Assembly: GCA_039029335.1 (NCBI GenBank)
Contig: JBCCGJ010000002.1
Location: 1 to 56,390 of the forward strand
Direction: 5' to 3'
DNA from: Actinomycetota bacterium
GTDB taxonomy: Bacteria > Actinomycetota > Acidimicrobiia > Acidimicrobiales > SZUA-35
DNA: 56,390 nt
Part shown: one piece after another, positions 9,579-17,224 of the stretch
Layout of the letters: each line of letters begins with the position of its first letter
Position numbering within the stretch: the first letter of the stretch is position 1
The notes under the pieces: generated by a model
The model's database searches: none
The model's input: the letters and a program-made list of their open reading frames with translations, nothing else
What the model was told of the DNA's origin: nothing
Program-made: the position numbers and the translations under genes

Positions 9579-10415
9579 TCAGGGCTGGAGCTTGGTGCTG
9601 ATGCGCCGCTCGGCGATGGCCAGTCCGACGGCCCCCATGGCGAACAGGTACAGGACCTGGACCACCGAGTCCCAACCGACGGTGCCGAACGTGAGGTCTC
9701 TGGCCAGGTCGACCCCCTGGTACAGCGGCGTGAGCTGCACGACGGTGGCCAGTACGCCGGGATACCGGCTGAGCGGGAAGAAGCTCGCGGAGAACAGGAA
9801 CATCGGGAACGCGACCAGGCTCATGAACTCGAAGTCGAGCCAGCTACGCAGGAACGAGGCTCCGACAAACCCGACACCGCCGAACCCGAAGGCCACAAGC
9901 ATCGCTGCAACCGGCAGAAGGACCGCCCACCAGGACACCACCAGGCCCATCAACCACATCGTGATGGCAAAGGCGGTGCTCTGGATGCCCAGGTAGCCGA
10001 CGATCCACAGCAGCTCGCCGTGGATGATGTCCCGGACACCGATGGGGGAGGCCAGCATCGAGTCGTAGCTGCCCTGCCACTCGAACTTGGAGTAGAAGTC
10101 GATGACCGTGGCGAACAGGGCGGCGTTCATCGCCGAGGCCACCAGCATCGCCGGAGCCACGAACGAGCGGTAGCTGATCGGCAGGCCGTCCGGCCCGCTG
10201 ACCTCCTCGACAAGCGCGCCGACACCAACACCGATGGAGAACAGGAACAGGAACGGTTCGAGCAGCCGCGTCACAAACACCAGCCAGTACTGCTTGCTGA
10301 TGGTGCAGTTACGTTGGATGACCCGCAGGCTTCGATACCGGACAAGCGTTTGCAGCGCTCCCGGTCCGCTGCGGGGTTGGGGGCGGGATGCCGGTGGCCG
10401 GTCGACGGTGGTCAT
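9579..10415 (-). CDS. ABC-2 type transporter permease (second permease)
   Basis: Multi-TM protein of ABC-2 type. The track ORF (to 10559) is trimmed to ATG 10415-10413 (MTTVDRPP...), which forms an ATGA overlap with the upstream permease stop. Confidence 0.8.
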   Translation of the reverse strand: MTTVDRPPASRPQPRSGPGALQTLVRYRSLRVIQRNCTISKQYWLVFVTRLLEPFLFLFSIGVGVGALVEEVSGPDGLPISYRSFVAPAMLVASAMNAALFATVIDFYSKFEWQGSYDSMLASPIGVRDIIHGELLWIVGYLGIQSTAFAITMWLMGLVVSWWAVLLPVAAMLVAFGFGGVGFVGASFLRSWLDFEFMSLVAFPMFLFSASFFPLSRYPGVLATVVQLTPLYQGVDLARDLTFGTVGWDSVVQVLYLFAMGAVGLAIAERRISTKLQP

Positions 10416-11245
10416 GAGCCGAGCCTCGTGGTGAACGTGCGACGGGCGAGGTACCACCCGCCGATGAGCCACACCAGCACAACGCCTAGATTTGCCGGCC
10501 ACGGCCAGTCGCCGGCCTGCCCGGTGGTTGCCGTCCTGGCCAGCTCGATCCCGTGCCACAGCGGGAAGAGGCGGACAAGCCAGAGCAACCCGACCGGGAG
10601 CGCCTCGGTGGGGAAGAACGCACCGGAGAACAGGTACAGCGGGCCGACGACGATCCGCATGATCGGATCAAACGCCTGGTCCGAATCGACCGATGCCGTG
10701 TAGGCCATGAGCGGTGCGGCGAACGCAGCAGAGGTCAATCCGGCGGCGACAAGGGCCAGGAACGCCCACCACGAGCCGACCGCCCCAAGCGCGGAGGCGA
10801 CAACCAGGAACACCACAGACTGGACGACTGAGCGGCCGGTGATCCACAACAACGTCCCGCTGACCACCGAGGACGGACTGATCGGGGTGGCCACCATGGC
10901 CCGATGAAACCCAAGCCATCGATGACCGGCCATGATCGGCCACAGGCCCGACCCGGCAGCCAGCTGGGCGGCTGCCGCCACCATGAGTCCCGGTGCCACA
11001 AAGTCCTGATAGGCCAGGCCGTCCAGACTGTCCGGCGCCTCGATCAGACCGCCGAGCCCGAACCCCATGGCCACCAGGTACAGGGCCGGGGCGACGAACA
11101 TGGTGAACGAGCTGGCGCGCCAGGTCGTGGCGAAGAATCGGATCTCCCGTTCGGCGACGCGAAGCGGCGGTCGGAGCCGAGTGCTGATCGTGGGCCGATC
11201 CGGGCGGTGTGGATCGTAGGCCGGGGTGGGGTGGTGGACGGTCAT
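10412..11245 (-). CDS. ABC-2 type transporter permease (first permease)
   Basis: 277-aa multi-TM protein. Its ATG shares one base (11245) with the TGA of the ATPase gene. Confidence 0.8.
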   Translation of the reverse strand: MTVHHPTPAYDPHRPDRPTISTRLRPPLRVAEREIRFFATTWRASSFTMFVAPALYLVAMGFGLGGLIEAPDSLDGLAYQDFVAPGLMVAAAAQLAAGSGLWPIMAGHRWLGFHRAMVATPISPSSVVSGTLLWITGRSVVQSVVFLVVASALGAVGSWWAFLALVAAGLTSAAFAAPLMAYTASVDSDQAFDPIMRIVVGPLYLFSGAFFPTEALPVGLLWLVRLFPLWHGIELARTATTGQAGDWPWPANLGVVLVWLIGGWYLARRTFTTRLGS

Positions 11246-12207
11246 CAGTCGTCCAGGCTCCGGCCGGTCAGGGTCAGGAACACATCCTCAAGGGTCGATC
11301 GCCGCACCAGGACGGACTGGACGGCCCCCGGTTCCACCTCCAGCTTGGGGACCAGCCCGTCACCGTCGTCGGTGTACACCACCAGCCGGTCGCGGAGGTT
11401 GTCCGCCCGCAGCCCCAACCGGGCGGCGGCCGCTTCCCCCTCCGCCTGTTGGGCCTCGGTCCGGTAGCGCAGCTCCACCGCCTCCCGGGGGCAGTGGCGT
11501 TCGATGAGCGCCGCCGGCGAGCCCTCGTCGACGATGCGGCCGTGATCCATGACGACCAGGCGGTCACACAATTGCTCCGCCTCGTCCATGTAATGGGTGG
11601 TGATGACCAGGCTGACCCCCTCGGACTTGAGGGTCCACAGCCGTTCCCACAGCAGCTGGCGAGCCTGCGGGTCGAGCCCGGTTGTCGGTTCGTCCAGGAG
11701 GATGAGATCCGGGTCGTTGATGAGGGCCCGGGAGATCGAGAGCCGTCGTCGCATACCGCCGCTCAGCGGATTGACCTTGCTGTGGCGCCGGTCGCTCAGC
11801 TGGCCGAACGCCAGCAGCTCGTCCACCTTGGCCGACAGCTCGGCCAGGCCGATCCCGAAATACCGCCCGTAGATGATCAGGTTCTGCTCAACGGTCATCT
11901 CGAGGTCGAGGTTGTCCATCTGGGAGACAACACCGAGCCTGGCCCGAATGGTCGGGCCGTCGACCTCCGGGTTGAGTCCGAACACCCGGAGGTGCCCCTC
12001 GGACACCGGCGAGGTGCAACCGAGCATCCGCATTGCAGAGGTTTTCCCCGCACCGTTCGGCCCGAGAAATCCGAACGCCTCGCCGGGCCGCACCTCGAAG
12101 TCGATGCCGTCCACCGCGGTGAAGTCGCCGAAGCGCTTCACCAGGCCTCTTGCGACGGCCAGCGGTGCGTCCGGGGATCGATCACCGGCCGATGAGCGGT
12201 CTGTCAT
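11245..12207 (-). CDS. ABC transporter ATP-binding protein (DrrA/NodI-like, partner of ABC-2 permeases)
   Basis: Walker A GPNGAGKTS, signature LSGGMRRRLSISRAL, Walker B LILLDEPTTGLD. The track ORF (569 aa) is trimmed to ATG 12207 (MTDRSSAGD...); the upstream part is Arg/Pro-rich with no ABC similarity. Confidence 0.9.
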   Translation of the reverse strand: MTDRSSAGDRSPDAPLAVARGLVKRFGDFTAVDGIDFEVRPGEAFGFLGPNGAGKTSAMRMLGCTSPVSEGHLRVFGLNPEVDGPTIRARLGVVSQMDNLDLEMTVEQNLIIYGRYFGIGLAELSAKVDELLAFGQLSDRRHSKVNPLSGGMRRRLSISRALINDPDLILLDEPTTGLDPQARQLLWERLWTLKSEGVSLVITTHYMDEAEQLCDRLVVMDHGRIVDEGSPAALIERHCPREAVELRYRTEAQQAEGEAAAARLGLRADNLRDRLVVYTDDGDGLVPKLEVEPGAVQSVLVRRSTLEDVFLTLTGRSLDD

Positions 12208-12313
12208 GGCGCCGATTGTCCCACGGGTCGCGCCGCCGGTGGAAGCGATTTCGAGTGGGGCGGCGTGCGGTGACCCGTCAATTAGGTTCTCGCCAAAGGG
12301 GGCGTGAACTCGA

Positions 12314-12379
12314 GTGTCACGTCTCACCAGTTTCGGCCGCCAGGCCGAAACTGCAAGCGAGACGCCCCGCGTCGAAGCC
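12314..12379 (-). promoter_or_regulatory. conserved 66-nt hairpin element, copy 1 (leader RNA or operator; function unknown)
   Basis: The reverse complement matches 17069-17134 at 60 of 66 positions. It lies between the acyltransferase stop (12381) and the ABC ATPase start (12207). Confidence 0.6.
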
Positions 12380-12380
12380 G

Positions 12381-13475
12381 CTAGGGGAGGCTCGCCGGGG
12401 CCGAGGTCTCCGCCCTCTCTGGTAGGGCCGCATACCGTTTTCTGGCCCTGGTGGACGGCTTTTCGATCACCACGTGGAACGCATAGGCGATGGCCAACGA
12501 AATGGCTCCGGCCAGGACCATCATCTCCGGCACCCCGAGTGTCGGCCGCTGGTTGATCAGTGCAAGGATCACGATCTGGTGGACCAGATAGAGCGAGTAG
12601 CTGAGCACCCCGACGAACATCACCGGCCGAAGGTTCAGCACCCGGAACGGGAGAGCGTTCGGCCGCTGGATCGCCGCGTAGAACAGCGGTGCCAGGGCGA
12701 TCGACTGGACGGAGTAGCGGATCGTCTCGCGGTAGAAATCGTCCCGGATGACCATCGAGACGCCGATCACCACCACGGAGACCCCGGCAACGCCGATGGC
12801 CTGCCGGTCGGTCAGCTGGGGGCCGCGGTCCAGCATCGGGTTGAAGTGGAGGGCCAGGGCGCAGCCGAAGAGAATGGCATCGATCCTGGTGTCGGTGGAG
12901 ATGAACGTTCGGTTGACCGATGCGTCGAACACCTCGACCAGGATCATCCGCCACACCAGCACAACGCCGCAGACGCCCAGGAGCGCCGCAGCCTGGGCCG
13001 GCCCGGACAGTCGGCGAAGCAGGAACAGCGCACAGATCGGGAAGATCAGGTAGAAGTGCTCCTCAACCGCCAGCGACCAGAAGACGTGAGTGCCGAGCGG
13101 GATCCCGTTCGTCAACTCGGTCAGGCTTGCGTAGTTGGAGAGGTGGAACGCCTGGGCGGCCACCGCCGGGACGGTCGGGGTGCCGGGGGTCAGACCGATG
13201 AGCGACACCACAACACCGAGCGCAAGCGCGGCGTACATCGGGGGGAAGATCCGCCATGCCCGCCGCCAGTAGAACTTGGGCAGGCTGATGTCACCGGTGA
13301 TGGCGAACTCCCGGCGAAGAAGCGTGGTGATGAGGTAGCCGCTGAGGAAGAAAAAGACCGTCACCCCGAAGCCGCCCGGCACGGCGGTGAGTCCGGCGTG
13401 GGACACAAAAACGATGGCGATTGACACCGCCCGCAGTCCGTCGAGCGAGGGGATGTGAAACCTGGTTTGTGTCAT
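12381..13475 (-). CDS. acyltransferase family 3 (OafA/YrhL-like O-acyltransferase)
   Basis: N-terminus IPSLDGLRAVSIAIVFVSHAG and about 10 TM segments. ATGA overlap with the upstream gene stop (13472-13475). Confidence 0.85.
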   Translation of the reverse strand: MTQTRFHIPSLDGLRAVSIAIVFVSHAGLTAVPGGFGVTVFFFLSGYLITTLLRREFAITGDISLPKFYWRRAWRIFPPMYAALALGVVVSLIGLTPGTPTVPAVAAQAFHLSNYASLTELTNGIPLGTHVFWSLAVEEHFYLIFPICALFLLRRLSGPAQAAALLGVCGVVLVWRMILVEVFDASVNRTFISTDTRIDAILFGCALALHFNPMLDRGPQLTDRQAIGVAGVSVVVIGVSMVIRDDFYRETIRYSVQSIALAPLFYAAIQRPNALPFRVLNLRPVMFVGVLSYSLYLVHQIVILALINQRPTLGVPEMMVLAGAISLAIAYAFHVVIEKPSTRARKRYAALPERAETSAPASLP

Positions 13476-15238
13476 GTCCCGCCTCCTCCCGCCTGTTCAA
13501 CCGTTTCCTGTTCGGCCGTGTGGGTCATGCTGCTGTGCCGCCCACCGGCCCGGTGGGCCGACAGTGACCAACCGATCCCGACCAGCACGGCCAACGGCAG
13601 TGCGACGCTGACCTCGTTGATCTGCCATTCGAAGGCGGCGTGTACACCGGATGCGGTCAGCCCCGCCAGGACCACCAGCCCGATGTTCTCACCTCGGCTT
13701 GCCGAACGCCAGGCACCGATCCCGCCGCCCAGCAGGAGTACCAGCAGTGGGACGGCGCCGAGCAACCCCCAGGTGGCCAGACCCTCCAGGGCCAGGTTGT
13801 GGGCGTGGCCGCCGGGGAAGCGACGATCGTCGGGTAGGTCGTCGTCGGCGAACGCGCCAAGCTGCATCGGACCGACACCGAGCAACGGCCGATCGACGAA
13901 CGCGTCGACCGCCAGCCGCCAGAGCTCCGGCCGGTTCAGGTTGACCCGGGGGGTGACCAGCGGCTCGGTCGGTCCGGGGTCGATCGGGCTGTCCACCACG
14001 GTCAGCATGCCCGCAGCCGCAGACGAGCTCCCGGCGAACTGCAGGAAATAGGCCTCCTGATCGATCAACAGATCCCACAGCGCTCGATAGCGGCCGTCCG
14101 CCACGGTCTGGGCGATCGGAACGGTCACCGTCTCGGTCACCCCGGGGGGCACGTCGTCCGGAAGCGGCCATCGTTGCTCGTCGGCGATTCGATCGTCCCC
14201 GTCGGGGAGGAGCCGCACCGAGAGTTCGACCCGATCATCACCGGTGGCTTGCCAGGTCCGGTCGCTGTGATTGGTGACGGTGACCGAGACGATCCGCCCG
14301 CCCGGTTCCAGGACCACGTCCGCCGGTGGCACAACCGTCGCCGCGAAGTCGTCCCCGGTCCTGATGAACACGCCGCGTTCCCAGCCGGGTGCCGCGGCCA
14401 TCACCAGGGCCATCACGCCGATCAGAAACGCTCCCTCCCGGACCGTCGGACCGGGTCCCGTATCGGTCCGGAACCACAGAACGGCGGCCCCGACGGCAAC
14501 GGCGATCAGGATCGCCGCAACCCCGGCCCGGCTGTAGGTCAACACGGCGGACACCACGAGCACGACCAGCACGCCACGATCAACCAACCGGTGCCACAGC
14601 GTCCGGCCCGACATGATCAGGACGGACAGCATCGCCGCCGCCGGCCCGAGGGCCATGGCCGCCACGTTGGCATGGCTCCACGGTCTGGTGAGCCGAGGGG
14701 TCAGGTCGATGCGGGTCACCCTGCCGACAAACGGTTCGGTGAACCACGGCTCCCCGCCGTTGATCAGGACCGCAAGCCCGATCGACGCGCCGGCGGCCGC
14801 CCCGCCAACCAGCCACCGGATGACGTGTTCGATGTCGGGTTCAGAACGGAGCAGCAGAACCGTTGCCACAACGGTGGTCACCAGCGCAACGGCGGTGACA
14901 AAACCACCAAGACCGATCAACCGCTGGTCGCTCAGCGCTGTGGAGAGGCCCACCATGACCACCAGGAGACCACCGACCAGGAGGGGTGTCCGTGCCCCAC
15001 CGAGCGGTCCGCCGCGCCGAGCGACGGCGGCCACCACCGCACCACAGATCACCAGCTGCAGGAGCATCAGCGGCCGGAGCGCGATCTGCAGGCGCTGGTC
15101 CGTGGCGGGTGGCGCCACGTTGAACGGCGCCAGGGCCACCAACACCGCCAGCGCCGGAAGGGCGAACCGGGTTTGGCCAGCCTCGGTCCCGGAGCTCGAC
15201 GTCGTGGATCTCCCGTTGCCGATGGTTACTTTTACCAC
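13472..15238 (-). CDS. O-antigen ligase/polymerase-like (Wzy_C-type) membrane protein with an inserted soluble domain
   Basis: Many TM segments, with GGHAHNLALEGLATWG resembling the O-antigen ligase motif. The start is uncertain. GTG 15238 was chosen because the longer track ORF (to 15514) overlaps the divergent sulfotransferase; GTG/TTG at 15145-15139 is also possible. Confidence 0.65.
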   Translation of the reverse strand: MVKVTIGNGRSTTSSSGTEAGQTRFALPALAVLVALAPFNVAPPATDQRLQIALRPLMLLQLVICGAVVAAVARRGGPLGGARTPLLVGGLLVVMVGLSTALSDQRLIGLGGFVTAVALVTTVVATVLLLRSEPDIEHVIRWLVGGAAAGASIGLAVLINGGEPWFTEPFVGRVTRIDLTPRLTRPWSHANVAAMALGPAAAMLSVLIMSGRTLWHRLVDRGVLVVLVVSAVLTYSRAGVAAILIAVAVGAAVLWFRTDTGPGPTVREGAFLIGVMALVMAAAPGWERGVFIRTGDDFAATVVPPADVVLEPGGRIVSVTVTNHSDRTWQATGDDRVELSVRLLPDGDDRIADEQRWPLPDDVPPGVTETVTVPIAQTVADGRYRALWDLLIDQEAYFLQFAGSSSAAAGMLTVVDSPIDPGPTEPLVTPRVNLNRPELWRLAVDAFVDRPLLGVGPMQLGAFADDDLPDDRRFPGGHAHNLALEGLATWGLLGAVPLLVLLLGGGIGAWRSASRGENIGLVVLAGLTASGVHAAFEWQINEVSVALPLAVLVGIGWSLSAHRAGGRHSSMTHTAEQETVEQAGGGGT

Positions 15239-15854
15239 GGTGACCGCCGGACAGGTAGACGATCGGAAGGTCTTCGGACTCGGCCTGGCCAGAACCGGGA
15301 CAACTGCGATGCACCGGGCGATGGACATCCTCGACATCCCGTCCGCCCCTTCCTCCGCCCGGCTGATCGACGGGTTGGACGACCGGTTCCTCGCCGCCCA
15401 CCAGGCGTTCTTCGACAACCCGATTCCGTTCCTCCGGACCGAGCTGGCCGAGCGGTTCCCCGACGCCCGGTTTGTCGTGACCTGGCGGCCGGTCGAGTCC
15501 TGGCTGGTCTCCATGGAGTGGCTGTTCGGCCCCGGACTGGACCGGCTGGACCGGGAAACGCGGGTGCTGGGAGACCGGGTCCACCGGGCGGTGTACGGCT
15601 TCGACCGGTTCGAACCCGACCGGCTCCGGGAGATCCACCGCCGTCACTACACCGAGCTGCGGGAGTGGTCGGCCGGGCGGGACGAGGCGCTGTGGCTCAA
15701 CCAGGAGGACGGGTTCAGCTGGGGGCCGCTCTGTCGGTTCCTCGAGGTTGCCGAGCCGACCGTTCCGTTCCCGGTGGTGAATCGTTCGACGGATGCGACC
15801 CCTCGCCCCGGTCGCCCGCTCGGCTGGCGATGGCGGCCAGGGCGGCGGCGCTGA
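15222..15854 (+). CDS. sulfotransferase family protein (P-loop PAPS-binding type)
   Basis: This is the C-terminal part of track ORF 14613-15854. From ATG 15222 it reads KVFGLGLARTGTTAMHRAM (5'-PSB-like loop) ... WGPLCRFLEVAEPTVPFPVVN, typical of bacterial/fungal sulfotransferase-4-like proteins. Confidence 0.65.
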   Translation: MVTFTTVTAGQVDDRKVFGLGLARTGTTAMHRAMDILDIPSAPSSARLIDGLDDRFLAAHQAFFDNPIPFLRTELAERFPDARFVVTWRPVESWLVSMEWLFGPGLDRLDRETRVLGDRVHRAVYGFDRFEPDRLREIHRRHYTELREWSAGRDEALWLNQEDGFSWGPLCRFLEVAEPTVPFPVVNRSTDATPRPGRPLGWRWRPGRRR

Positions 15855-17022
15855 GGGCGGCCGTGGCCACCTGGACAACGGCCACCAGCACCAACCGGTC
15901 GGCGGTCGCTCCGATCACCGCACCAACCAGGGCGACGGCCGCGCCGGTAACCGCGACGGCCAGCACCAGCCGTTCCCGGCCGACCGCGATCAGCTCGAAT
16001 GAGTACCGCAGTCGGACCACCGTGGCCACCAGCCCGAGACCGAGGATCCGAATGATCACCACACCGTTTGGCGGGTCGTCGAAGAGTTGCTCGCTGAGAA
16101 CCGGGGCCAGCGCGGCGATCGCCGCCGCGGCGACAACGGCGTAGCCCAGCATCGCGGCGTACAACCGCCGGTAGTCCGCGGAGCGGTGCACACCGTCGAA
16201 CATGGCGGGGAACAGCGCGGCGAAGGCCGACGCCGGAACCAGCCGGGCGGTCTCGGTCAGCCGCATCCCGGCCGCAAGGCCGCCGGCATCCCCGTCGCCC
16301 ATCGCCTCGTAGACGATCAGCGCGCCCTGGACCATCACCGCCGTTGCCACCGTTGCCGCGGCGAACACCCAGGACTCGGCCACCAGCCGACCGAGCCGCC
16401 AGGACCCGCCGGCATCGACTGCCGCGTCGGCTCCGGAGGCGACTGCTCGCCTACCCGATCGCACAATCGTGGTTGCCGGGATCGCCAGGGCGACGGCGCC
16501 CACCGCGTGACCCGCCGCAACGGCGGCAACCGCCATCCCGACCCGGTCGTCGACCAGCGCGACGGCCAGGACAAGCGACACCACCGAGGTCAGCAGTGCG
16601 GCCAACGGGATCGTGGCCATTCGTTGAGCGCCCCGCAACACGGCCCCGGCCACCGTTGTCACCCCCAACGGGACAAGCGTCGCAGCGGGGATGAGGATCA
16701 CCGACGGCCAGCCGAGCAGGGTCACCAGCGCCCCGGCAGCGGCCAGGACAACACCGGCACCCAGGAGCTGCAGGACCAGCGCCCGCCGGATCGTGGCCGC
16801 CGCGTCCGGCCGCCGGTCCGCCACCGCCCGAACCACCACCACGTCGACCCCGAACGTGATGGCCAGGTTGGCCACCGCCCCGCCGGCCACGAGCGCGGCG
16901 AACGTACCGAACCCCGCGCTGCCGAGGCGGGCGGCGACCAGCGCCGCCAGCAAAAGGTTGCCGAGCGCACCGATGACCCTGGCCGCCAGCAGCGCCCCGG
17001 CGTTCCGGCCGACACCGGTCAA
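15715..17022 (-). CDS. polysaccharide biosynthesis protein / Wzx-like flippase (MOP superfamily)
   Basis: About 12-14 TM segments with N-terminus GRNAGALLAARVIGALGNLLL. Start assigned to TTG 17022 because the first ~38 codons of the track ORF cover the conserved intergenic element; the start remains uncertain. Confidence 0.7.
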   Translation of the reverse strand: MTGVGRNAGALLAARVIGALGNLLLAALVAARLGSAGFGTFAALVAGGAVANLAITFGVDVVVVRAVADRRPDAAATIRRALVLQLLGAGVVLAAAGALVTLLGWPSVILIPAATLVPLGVTTVAGAVLRGAQRMATIPLAALLTSVVSLVLAVALVDDRVGMAVAAVAAGHAVGAVALAIPATTIVRSGRRAVASGADAAVDAGGSWRLGRLVAESWVFAAATVATAVMVQGALIVYEAMGDGDAGGLAAGMRLTETARLVPASAFAALFPAMFDGVHRSADYRRLYAAMLGYAVVAAAAIAALAPVLSEQLFDDPPNGVVIIRILGLGLVATVVRLRYSFELIAVGRERLVLAVAVTGAAVALVGAVIGATADRLVLVAVVQVATAALSAAALAAIASRAGDRGEGSHPSNDSPPGTERSARQPRGTDRAAPS

Positions 17023-17068
17023 CGGTTCTCCGGGCCACGGGGAGGTGCGCCGGCGCCTGCCCGCCAGT

Positions 17069-17134
17069 GGCTTCGACGCGGAGCGTCTCGCGTGCTGTTT
17101 CGGCCTGGAGGCCGAAACCGGTGAGACGTGGCAC
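17069..17134 (+). promoter_or_regulatory. conserved 66-nt hairpin element, copy 2
   Basis: ggcttcgacgcggagcgtctcgcgtgctgtttcggcctggaggccgaaaccggtgagacgtggcac. It lies in the divergent intergenic region, 90 nt upstream of ATG 17225. Confidence 0.6.
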
Positions 17135-17224
17135 AAGCTGCTGAGTCACGTCCCCAAGAACTTAGACCCCTCAGCGCCGACCGGATCAACGCTCTATCAT
17201 GACAGCCCCGACCACCGGAGGCGC

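Noticed and set aside
12208-12954. N-terminal 249-aa extension of the ABC ATPase ORF; similar long extensions occur on the nitroreductase, lpd, E2, E1b, E1a, cobQ and kinase ORFs
   Set aside because: The extensions are Arg/Pro-rich and overlap upstream genes or the conserved intergenic element. Internal ATGs give family-typical N-termini and canonical 1- to 4-nt stop-start overlaps.
14174-16144. 656-aa plus-strand ORF spanning the Wzy-like, sulfotransferase and flippase regions (and similar ones at 2129-3511, 40772-42595, 49628-51001, 37087-38253, 37779-39329)
   Set aside because: The translations are Arg/Pro/Gly-dominated low-complexity sequences that cross several well-supported genes in other frames or strands. 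I treat them as GC-driven open frames.
12314-17134. The inverted 66-nt repeats as termini of a transposon or mobile cassette
   Set aside because: No transposase, integrase or recombinase lies between or beside them, and there are no flanking direct repeats. Both copies sit at equivalent distances upstream of operon starts, which fits a regulatory role better.
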